A stretch of 64,000 bases of DNA from positions 111,159 through 175,158 of the forward strand of contig CP179887.1 of the NCBI GenBank assembly GCA_047456295.1. The letters run 5' to 3'. The notes beneath the pieces are model-generated. The model was not told where the DNA came from. It was given only the letters and a program-made list of their open reading frames with translations, and ran no database searches. Below, in pieces: positions 42,981 through 51,042 of the stretch; within the stretch, counting starts at the first letter, position 1, and every line of letters starts with the position of its first letter. The stretch is from Candidatus Nealsonbacteria bacterium (GTDB lineage: Bacteria; Patescibacteriota; Minisyncoccia; Minisyncoccales; JANBVM01). A program made the position numbers and the translations under genes.

Positions 42981-43547
42981 ATGGACTGGTTAAATTTTTT
43001 TTCGCCAATTAATATGATTGAAAAAATAATCAATTGGTTTTTTCGCCCAAGGATTAAAGTAAATTTTGAATATAAGTTAGATCCTGTCAGTGAAAATGAT
43101 TTCTGTCACTTAAGGAGAGATCGAATTACGGGAAGGCTTTGTTGGTTTTTTAGAATGGGTATAGAAAATAAAGGAAGTACAGTTGTAAAAGATTGCGATA
43201 TTAGAATAGAAAAGATTGAGAGAATAATAGAAGAAAAATGTAAAGAAATGAAAAATTTTAGTCCCATTGTATTACATTGGGCAAACATAGAATCCGATGA
43301 ATCTAGGGATTTACATAAAGATACACCAGAATTTATAGATGTAGTATATACCATGGAAGGAGAAAATAATTTTTATATTTTTGCGAAAAGGAAACATATA
43401 GGAGTGGGAAGCAATATTATTTGGCCATCTGGACAATATCGGCTTTATTTAAAAGTTTTGGGAGATAATATAAAACCACATAGAATTACTGTTTTCATTA
43501 ATTTCAACGGGCATTGGGACCAATTGGAAATGAAACTAGAAAGGTAG
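42981..43547 (+). CDS. hypothetical protein (188 aa), no recognisable motif
   Basis: ORF in the same orientation as res, 36 nt downstream. Soluble and beta-rich-looking sequence. Confidence 0.45.
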   Translation: MDWLNFFSPINMIEKIINWFFRPRIKVNFEYKLDPVSENDFCHLRRDRITGRLCWFFRMGIENKGSTVVKDCDIRIEKIERIIEEKCKEMKNFSPIVLHWANIESDESRDLHKDTPEFIDVVYTMEGENNFYIFAKRKHIGVGSNIIWPSGQYRLYLKVLGDNIKPHRITVFINFNGHWDQLEMKLER

Positions 43548-43619
43548 AAAAATGCTATCTGGCCTATTAGAATTTAGGCGAATTTTATTTAACCAATCAA
43601 TTTTAAACAAAACATTTAT

Positions 43620-44009
43620 ATGAGAAAAATTATAATTAATACAGCTAAAGAAATTTCGGCCGAGGAGAAACAAATTCTTAAAAATATTTTTAGAGAAGAA
43701 TCTTTGGAAATTGGAATAAATGCTTCTTTTATGCGTTTTTCTGGGGTAGAAATTTTACCGTTAGTTATAGAACTCTCTGTAACAGCAATCAAGGTGGTGT
43801 TAGGTGGTGTAGCATATGATACTTTGAAAAGAATTGTAAAGAAAATTTTATCAAATCGAAGAATTAAAAGGAATAAAGAAATTATTATAAAAAAGCGAGA
43901 AAAGACTTTTGTTGTTACCTCAAAAGGATTTTATTTAAGAAGTAAAAAGGAAAACTCTGTATTCCGAAATATAGATGAGTTTTTCGAGAAAATGGAAAAA
44001 GGGAAATAA
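43620..44009 (+). CDS. hypothetical protein (129 aa), basic C-terminal half
   Basis: ORF with one hydrophobic stretch (ILPLVIELSVTAIKVVLGGVA). Confidence 0.4.
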   Translation: MRKIIINTAKEISAEEKQILKNIFREESLEIGINASFMRFSGVEILPLVIELSVTAIKVVLGGVAYDTLKRIVKKILSNRRIKRNKEIIIKKREKTFVVTSKGFYLRSKKENSVFRNIDEFFEKMEKGK

Positions 44010-44078
44010 GAACAATTTTATCTTTGGCTTAGAACAAGCAAAAACAAGGTCGAAGAAATTAATTAAGGAATAAAATTT

Positions 44079-44816
44079 ATGGATTCTACTTTTTGGATAG
44101 CACTTGGAAGTATAGGGACTTTTGTTATGGCAATTGCTACATTCATAACTTTATGGCGTTATCAGAAAGAGAAAAGAGAAAAAGAAAATAGGGAAATTAG
44201 TGAAGAAATCATCTTACCCATAAAAGAAAACATAAAAAACTTAATTAATATTTTAAAAGAACATAGAATAGATAATTTTAATTGGGACACCACAAAAAAG
44301 AATAATCCAATTCTTGTTTATAGGCTTTCAGGAGACCTGAAAGCAGATATAGGAAATTTCAATAAAGAGTTTAAAAAATTCGGAAACATATATTACCAAA
44401 TAAAACCAGGATTAGAAGAATTAATTTATTTAGAAATTTTTAAAAGAGCTAGAAAAAAAGCGGCAAAGGAGTTAAAGGAAATAGTTACAACTAATCAAGA
44501 AGTTTTAGCGCGTTCCTATTATCAATGGAAAAGGGGCGGCAAAGCCTTTTTTGTTTCTTTTTATGAGTTGATATTTAAAGACGAAACGCTTAATGAATAT
44601 ATTGATAAAACAAAGAAAGACTCGGAAATCTATAACCAACAAATTACCGATGGGGCTTTTATAATTGGTGGGGTGGGGAAGATTAAAGAATTTAATAAAG
44701 AAGAATTTAATGATATTTACGAAACTTTAAAAAAAGAGACTCAAGAAAATCCGACCCTACAAGAATATATTAATTTTTGGAGAGAAATTTCTAAAAAAGC
44801 ACAAAACCTACTTTGA
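44079..44816 (+). CDS. hypothetical protein (245 aa) with N-terminal TM anchor
   Basis: FWIALGSIGTFVMAIATFITLW, followed by a charged helical region. Confidence 0.45.
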   Translation: MDSTFWIALGSIGTFVMAIATFITLWRYQKEKREKENREISEEIILPIKENIKNLINILKEHRIDNFNWDTTKKNNPILVYRLSGDLKADIGNFNKEFKKFGNIYYQIKPGLEELIYLEIFKRARKKAAKELKEIVTTNQEVLARSYYQWKRGGKAFFVSFYELIFKDETLNEYIDKTKKDSEIYNQQITDGAFIIGGVGKIKEFNKEEFNDIYETLKKETQENPTLQEYINFWREISKKAQNLL

Positions 44817-44913
44817 AGAAAAAAGTTGGTCAAGGCGACTCTTTAAATGGTTTTCTAAAAGGAGGAAGGCTGTTTTAAAAATAATTGTATCGTTTTTTGA
44901 GAAGTAAAATAAA

Positions 44914-45840
44914 ATGAAGAATAAGATAAAACTTATTAGTATAGTTATTGGGGCGGCAGTTTTGGTTTCAGTGGGGTTTGGGTTGGGGAGGCGGTCAATG
45001 TCTTCAGAAATTACGGAGTTGAAAGACAGGGTAGCTTCTCTTGAAGAGCAGATAAAAGTACAGAACCAATTAGGAGAAAAAGTTGAAGAGAAGAAAAAAA
45101 TAGGCCCTACGGGGCCGACAAGATTAGCTACTGTTAATTATGTTATTGACGGAGATACTATTGAAGTGGATGAAGAAGAAAGGGTTCGTTATTTGGGAAT
45201 AAATACTCCTGAGTCAGGCCGTCCATATTTTAGTGAAGCCACCAATGAAAATAAAAAGTTAGTGGATGGGAAAGAAATCAAATTAGAACTTGATGTTCAG
45301 ACCAAAGACAAATATAACCGAACTTTAGCGTATGTTTGGATAGGGGAGACAATGGTTAATTTAGAATTAGTCCGTAGGGGGTTTGCCAATGTTTATACTT
45401 TTCCGCCTAATGTGAAGTATAAAGAGCAGTTTTTAGAAGCTGAACGAGAAGCCAGAGAAAATTGTAGAGGCCTTTGGTATCCTTGTAAAATTGCTGGCGC
45501 TGAAAATGGAATTAAAATCGTAAATATTAATGCTGACGCTCCCGGGAATGATAATGAGAATAAAAATGGAGAGTGGTTAGAGATTAGGAACCAAGAAGAA
45601 AACTCCGTTAGTATGACAAATTGGACAATAAAAGACGAAGCTAATCATATCTACACTTTTGCTGATTTTATTTTAGCTCCGGATAAAAGTGTGTTTATTT
45701 ATTCTGGCTGCGATATTGATACTCAGGAAAAACTCTATTGGCAATGTCCTGAGGGCGAATATGCTATTTGGAATAATTCAGGCGATACAGCTTTCTTAAG
45801 AGACGCCAGCGGAAATTTAGTAGATAGTTATAAATATTAG
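44914..45840 (+). CDS. membrane-anchored thermonuclease (SNase) fused to a lamin-tail domain
   Basis: N-terminal TM and coiled coil. VIDGDTIEV..RVRYLGINTPE, DKYNRTLAYVW, then GEWLEIRN...NWTIKD (LTD-like). Confidence 0.75.
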   Translation: MKNKIKLISIVIGAAVLVSVGFGLGRRSMSSEITELKDRVASLEEQIKVQNQLGEKVEEKKKIGPTGPTRLATVNYVIDGDTIEVDEEERVRYLGINTPESGRPYFSEATNENKKLVDGKEIKLELDVQTKDKYNRTLAYVWIGETMVNLELVRRGFANVYTFPPNVKYKEQFLEAEREARENCRGLWYPCKIAGAENGIKIVNINADAPGNDNENKNGEWLEIRNQEENSVSMTNWTIKDEANHIYTFADFILAPDKSVFIYSGCDIDTQEKLYWQCPEGEYAIWNNSGDTAFLRDASGNLVDSYKY

Positions 45841-46005
45841 AAAAACAGAAGAATAGAAAGAAAACAGGGGTCAACTCTATTTTTCATTAAATTAGTAAAT
45901 ATTTTTTAAATACTGTCCCATTTGTTTTATAAAAATAAAATGAAAAAATGAAAAAAATCAGCGAATTTAAAACCTTCAAAAACAGTCTAAATCTCCCTTA
46001 AAACA

Positions 46006-46020
46006 CTGGTTCGAGACCGA
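46006..46020 (+). repeat. degenerate copy of the GC-rich hairpin repeat
   Basis: CTGGTTCGAGACCGA shares GGTTCGAGA..CCGA with copies 1 and 3. The following GACCGACTAC recurs at 50914-50923. Confidence 0.4.
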
Positions 46021-46041
46021 CTACGGGAGCAGATGAGTTTA

Positions 46042-46078
46042 AAAATCGCCAAGAAGGCGGTTTTTTGGTAGAATAAAA
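46042..46078 (+). promoter_or_regulatory. terminator-like hairpin plus extended -10 (TGGTAGAAT); 37-nt repeat of 7398-7434
   Basis: ATCGCC/GGCGGT stem, then TTTTTT, then TGGTAGAAT. 32 of 37 positions are identical to 7398-7434. Confidence 0.5.
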
Positions 46079-46103
46079 AAAGATAATTAATTAAACCGAA
46101 ATT

Positions 46104-47129
46104 ATGCTGAAATCCTTAAAAAAAGGACATGAATTAGAGGAGAAAGTTGAAAAATATTTTCAGTTAAATGGTTATCAAACTAAAAGAAATGTAGTCTTAG
46201 AAGGTAAATCCGGCGGTAGGCATGAGATAGATATTCTAGCTGAAAAATCAGATGGCGTTACAACAATAAAAATGATGGTAGAATGTAAAGCGTGGAATAA
46301 ACCCATAGACAAGGACGTTGTTTTTAAAGTTAACTATATCGTTAAAGACTTGGGGCTAAATAAAGCAATTATAGTTACATTAAAAGGATATAGAATAGGA
46401 GCAGAAAAAGCGGCTAAAGAATTAGGAATTGAACTTTGGGACGGATATGAATTAGAAAAAAAATTAGGAAAAATTTCAGTAGCGGAATTAGAGATAAAAG
46501 AATTTGAAAAGATTGCTTTAGGATTTCCAGTATTAATAACAAAAAAGGAAGCACATTCTTTTATTAGTAAACAAAGCAGGGGTTTTTGGGGAATGGGAAA
46601 AGAAGAAATCAGAGTATTTAATCTTATCTGGCTTCCTTGTTACTTATTGAAAATTAGTTGTACAAAAACTGAAGGAGTGTTTAGAAGAAAGTCAACGACA
46701 AAGCCTATTTGGAATTTATACGAATCATTAGAAGGTAATTGGTTCTATACATTTGAAGAAATACCAAAAATAGAAAATGTTAAAGTAGAAAACACTTTGC
46801 AACCAAAAATAAAAGATGTCGAGATTATAAAAGAAATACAAAAAATATTTAAAAAATCTTCCGAAGTAGTAACTTTTAAGGCCCAAAAACGTTATGCTAG
46901 AAAACTGGAAAAAAAGGGGATACATTCGCCATTAGTGACTGATATTACATTTGATAATGTAACATATTTGCTTTATCCATTCTTCATTGCTATTCTTAAA
47001 AGAGATGAAAAAGAAAGAATTATAGTTGTAGATGGCGTTATCGGTAAAATTAATAAAAACATTGGTTACGTTTTGACCACAAACCTGAATTACATCATAC
47101 AAAATCTAAAAATGTTGGATGGGAACTAA
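46104..47129 (+). CDS. Mrr-like (PD-(D/E)xK) restriction endonuclease domain fused to an unknown C-terminal domain
   Basis: The N-terminal ~115 aa contain GHELEEKV..YF..NGY, HEIDILA and VECKAW (D...ExK). The C-terminal ~225 aa are unrecognised. Confidence 0.65.
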   Translation: MLKSLKKGHELEEKVEKYFQLNGYQTKRNVVLEGKSGGRHEIDILAEKSDGVTTIKMMVECKAWNKPIDKDVVFKVNYIVKDLGLNKAIIVTLKGYRIGAEKAAKELGIELWDGYELEKKLGKISVAELEIKEFEKIALGFPVLITKKEAHSFISKQSRGFWGMGKEEIRVFNLIWLPCYLLKISCTKTEGVFRRKSTTKPIWNLYESLEGNWFYTFEEIPKIENVKVENTLQPKIKDVEIIKEIQKIFKKSSEVVTFKAQKRYARKLEKKGIHSPLVTDITFDNVTYLLYPFFIAILKRDEKERIIVVDGVIGKINKNIGYVLTTNLNYIIQNLKMLDGN

Positions 47130-47348
47130 TCTTTTCTTCGTCTGCCCAAACACAACTTCAGGACACTTAAACACTTCCTCCCATCTCAAGGTTCTAAAAT
47201 CGTCCACTAGACCGAGCTAAAACAAAAAAGCCCATCGCCGGGCAATTTTTATTACTTGCACTGTCTCTAAAATCGGGCTATCTTGAAAATAGAGAAACAC
47301 ACTTATGGAAGAAAAAGCAAAACAGAAAGAGTTTGAAAAAAAATTAAA

Positions 47349-47375
47349 AGAGGGGTTAAAAGCCCCTCTTTTTTA
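47349..47375. terminator. bidirectional Rho-independent terminator
   Basis: AGAGGGG (47349-47355) pairs with CCCCTCT (47363-47369). It is flanked by AAAA upstream and TTTTTT downstream. Confidence 0.7.
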
Positions 47376-47390
47376 ATTAATGAAAATTGT

Positions 47391-48125
47391 CTATCTTTTC
47401 TTATATGCAGGCAGGGAAGTAATAAGACTGCCAATTTTTTCTCCCCTTACAACCTTTTTCAGGCCGTCAGGCTCTGATAAACCGATAATAAAAATAGGCA
47501 AGTTATTATTCATACACAAAGTGATGGCAGTGTTGTCTAATACTTTTATTTTCCTATTGATAGCTTCCATATAAGTGAGTTGTTCTAATCGTTGAGCTTT
47601 TGAATTTAGTTTTGGGTCATCAGTATAAATACCATCTACTTTGGTGGCTTTAATGAGCACATTAGCGTTTATTTCCATGGCTCGGAGTGCTGCAGCTGTG
47701 TCAGTGGTAAAATAAGGGTTACCGGTTCCAGCGCCTATAATGACAGTATAACCTTTTTCCAATTGATAAATAGCCCGCAGCCTGACATATGGTTCGGCAA
47801 TAGATTTCATTTCAATAGATGTGTGGAGACGGACGGTTGTACCAAGCCTTGTGAGGGCATCGCTAAGAGCTAAACAATTCATTACTGTTGCCAGCATGCC
47901 CATTTCATCAGTAGTGGCTCGGTCCATGCCATGGGCTAAGCCTTTAATGCCTCGCCAAATATTTCCCGCTCCCATAATGATAGCTACTTGAACCCCTATA
48001 CTGTTTACGGCCTTGATTCTGACTGCCAACTCTTTAGCTTTTTCAGGATCAATACCAAAACCTTTAGGGCCTGCTAGAGCCTCTCCTCCTAATTTAAGCA
48101 CAATTCGCTGGTAAATTGGTTTCAT
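47391..48125 (-). CDS. pyrH: UMP kinase
   Basis: VLKLGGEAL, GAGNIWRG and GTGNPYFTTDTAAALRA. ATG at 48125 preferred over the upstream TTG. Confidence 0.9.
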   Translation of the reverse strand: MKPIYQRIVLKLGGEALAGPKGFGIDPEKAKELAVRIKAVNSIGVQVAIIMGAGNIWRGIKGLAHGMDRATTDEMGMLATVMNCLALSDALTRLGTTVRLHTSIEMKSIAEPYVRLRAIYQLEKGYTVIIGAGTGNPYFTTDTAAALRAMEINANVLIKATKVDGIYTDDPKLNSKAQRLEQLTYMEAINRKIKVLDNTAITLCMNNNLPIFIIGLSEPDGLKKVVRGEKIGSLITSLPAYKKR

Positions 48126-48396
48126 ATCTTCTAATTCTATTATAGACCAAGACAAGATTCAAGGTAAAGTGTTGAGACTGTTTCTTGGTCAGTTTGAAAG
48201 AGATTAAGGATTTGTTTATAGCAAAGGAATTTCAGATTATGTTTTTAAGGGACCGGAAGATAACGAAGATATTTTGTGGATAAAACAGGTTTTTTAGATT
48301 TTTTAACCCTTTAGGTTTCTTTTCTTTGATTGGTGGATGAGACTTAGTAAAATTATTGAGAAGGTTTGCATCCGTTTAATGTTAGAGCAACCTTGA

Positions 48397-48417
48397 GCTC
48401 GGTTCGAGAGACCGAGA
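48397..48417 (+). repeat. GC-rich hairpin repeat, copy 3
   Basis: GCTCGGTTCGAGAGACCGAGA matches 37343-37363 at 20 of 21 positions. Confidence 0.7.
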
Positions 48418-48514
48418 CGCGTTTTTCTTTCAAAGTTCTTATCTCGCAAAACGAGTCGAAGTTATACCACCGGGATAAACTAAATTTATTACTACAATCT
48501 ATGAGTAAACCATG

Positions 48515-48542
48515 TTGACATGACATCTTGGTAGAATATAAT
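48515..48542 (+). promoter_or_regulatory. sigma70-type promoter of the glycosyltransferase pair
   Basis: TTGACA (48515-48520), a 16-nt spacer, then TATAAT (48537-48542). An overlapping TGGTAGAAT lies at 48529-48537. Confidence 0.5.
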
Positions 48543-48607
48543 AAGAGCTATACAAAACATTCTGTTATAAAATTCCACTAATAACGGGATTTTAAAACAG
48601 CTTTATT

Positions 48608-49783
48608 GTGAAAATTCTATTCCTCTATGATTTCCCTTTATGGGGGTCAGGAAGTGGTACATATCTCAGGAATCTCATTACTCAATTAGTTAAATTGAAT
48701 TATAAAATAGGCGTTGTCTGTCCAGAAGAACGCCGGTTTTTAGGAGAAAAAATTAAACAATACCCGGTTAGTCTTTCTCAAATTCCAGTCTTCGTCGGTC
48801 ATCCAGAATTAAAAGGAGCTAAAAGATATTCAGAATTGAGCGAAAGAGAAATTACCAGCATTTATAAATCTTATTTGGATACGACCTTGGAGGCAATAGC
48901 AAACTTTGAGCCAGACATAATCCATACCCAGCATCTTTCTTTAATTAGCTGGGTAGCAAGATATGTCAATGCCCTAAAAAATATCAAATACATCATCACC
49001 TCTCACGGAAGTTGTCTATATAATATTCTCTTTGATAAGAGATATCTACCTCTGTGCGAGGATGCAATGAGATTTGCTAAAGCAATCACTGTTGTAAGTG
49101 GAAATACTCGAAGTAGACTTTTGAAAGTATTTGGCAGGCAGTATCTCAAAAACACTTACATAATTCCCGGAGGAGTAGATATGAAGCTTTTTCCTATTCG
49201 ATTAGATACTTCTTCTATAGATAAAAAATACAAACTTAAAGGTAAAAAATTAGTTCTTTTTACCGGCCGGCTTAGTTCAGAAAAGGGAGTGAAATATTTA
49301 GCAAATGCCGCCAAGGAAATTAAGGGAGAAGTCTTTATAGTTGGAGAAGGGCCTGAGAAACCGTATCTTTCTGATCTCATTGCCAGAAAGAAGCTTGAGA
49401 ACGTCCACCTTATAGGATATTTAATGCATGAAAGCTTAATTGATTTTTATTACAGAGCTGACGTCTTTGTTGCCCCTTCAGTAGTTGAAGAGGCTTTAGG
49501 TCTTTCTATTCTGGAAGCAATGGCTGCTAAAACTCCTGTAATAGCCACTAGAAAGGGAGGAATTCCCCTTTTGGTAAAAAGTGGCCACAACGGACTCTTT
49601 GTTAGAGTAAGAAACTCATCGAAAATCGCAGAGGCCTGTAATAAACTATTGAAAAATGATGAGCTAAGAAAAAAAATGGGAGAAAATGCACGAAAAACAG
49701 TTGAAAAAAAGTTTACCTGGCAAAGAACTGCTAAGAAATTCAACAGCCTTTATAAGAGAACTTGTAGGAACAATAGAAAATAA
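48608..49783 (+). CDS. GT4-family glycosyltransferase
   Basis: GTG start. EEALGLSILEAMAAKTPVIA signature. Confidence 0.8.
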   Translation: MKILFLYDFPLWGSGSGTYLRNLITQLVKLNYKIGVVCPEERRFLGEKIKQYPVSLSQIPVFVGHPELKGAKRYSELSEREITSIYKSYLDTTLEAIANFEPDIIHTQHLSLISWVARYVNALKNIKYIITSHGSCLYNILFDKRYLPLCEDAMRFAKAITVVSGNTRSRLLKVFGRQYLKNTYIIPGGVDMKLFPIRLDTSSIDKKYKLKGKKLVLFTGRLSSEKGVKYLANAAKEIKGEVFIVGEGPEKPYLSDLIARKKLENVHLIGYLMHESLIDFYYRADVFVAPSVVEEALGLSILEAMAAKTPVIATRKGGIPLLVKSGHNGLFVRVRNSSKIAEACNKLLKNDELRKKMGENARKTVEKKFTWQRTAKKFNSLYKRTCRNNRK

Positions 49784-49788
49784 AGTTT

Positions 49789-50883
49789 ATGAAAATTCTC
49801 ATTACTGCTCCTCTCACAAGAAAAATTTCTCCAAAAATTACTGCCGCAAGACCAAGAGTTATTTTTGATTTAACTATTGGTCTTCAGAAAAGAAGACATA
49901 AAGTTTCTGTTTTAGGAACAAAAGATAGTTATATTCCAAGAGTAAAAATTATTCCAGTAATTAAGAAGGGATTTTATGAGTTGTCTTCTTCTCTTGAGAA
50001 TCCTTTTTATACCCATACCTCTTTTTTGGCTAAAATGGCAAAAATTCTTGAGAAGATTGGGAATGATTTCGATATTATTCATAATCATTGTTATCCGGAA
50101 TTCATAAATTTACTTGTTGAAAAGAATATTAAAACTCCGATTGTGACAACTATTCACGCCCAAATGACACCCGAATTAGATGATATTTTATCTTTATTCC
50201 CTGATTCTTATTTTATTTGTATTTCAAAAGCAACTAAAAACCTAGCCAAAAAAACAAAAATCTATAGAGTAATCTACAACGGTATAGATACAAGTTTGTA
50301 CAAATTCTCTTCTAAGAAAGAAGGTTATCTTTTATGGATTGGAAGATTGAGTAAAGCCAAAGACAAAAAGGGAAATTTTATGGATCCTAAAGGAGTGAGG
50401 TGGGCAATAAGATTAGCTAAAGAAACTGGTTTAAACCTTCTTTTGGCAGGAAATGTAGAAGATCCAGAATTTTTTGAAAGAGATGTTAAACCTCATCTAT
50501 CAAAGAAAATCAAATGGATAGGGCCGGTATCCTTTGAACAGCCCTTAAGCAAACATGAGGTAGCAAAGTTAATGCAAAAAGCAAAAGCATTTTTGATGAC
50601 CGTTAATTGGGAAGAACCCTTCGCTTTGGTAATGGCCGAAGCTCAATCTTGTGGGACGCCAGTTATTGGATTTGATAGAGGGTCTACTTCCGAACTTGTA
50701 ATTAATGGGAAAACTGGTTTTATCGTTAAACCAAAAGAAGGAATCGAGGGTTTAAAAAGAGCTGTAAGAAAAATAGATAAAATAAACCCCAAAGATTGTC
50801 GAGAACATATCGAAAAAAATTTTTCTATAAAGAAAATGGTAGAAGAATATGAAAAGATTTATTATAAAATTTTAAATAAATAA
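49789..50883 (+). CDS. GT4-family glycosyltransferase
   Basis: EEPFALVMAEAQSCGTPVIG signature. Starts 5 nt after the previous gene. Confidence 0.75.
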   Translation: MKILITAPLTRKISPKITAARPRVIFDLTIGLQKRRHKVSVLGTKDSYIPRVKIIPVIKKGFYELSSSLENPFYTHTSFLAKMAKILEKIGNDFDIIHNHCYPEFINLLVEKNIKTPIVTTIHAQMTPELDDILSLFPDSYFICISKATKNLAKKTKIYRVIYNGIDTSLYKFSSKKEGYLLWIGRLSKAKDKKGNFMDPKGVRWAIRLAKETGLNLLLAGNVEDPEFFERDVKPHLSKKIKWIGPVSFEQPLSKHEVAKLMQKAKAFLMTVNWEEPFALVMAEAQSCGTPVIGFDRGSTSELVINGKTGFIVKPKEGIEGLKRAVRKIDKINPKDCREHIEKNFSIKKMVEEYEKIYYKILNK

Positions 50884-51042
50884 CTCTTTTAAAATGCTTT
50901 CATTTTAGAATCTGACCGACTACCTGGTCACTACTTTTACCTTTTTTAAGCTCAATAACAAGCCACTCTTTATCTTTTTCTCGGTTTTCTATTCTTTTAA
51001 ATCTTTGCTAAAATAATAATAGACTATTTTAATTAAAAACTT

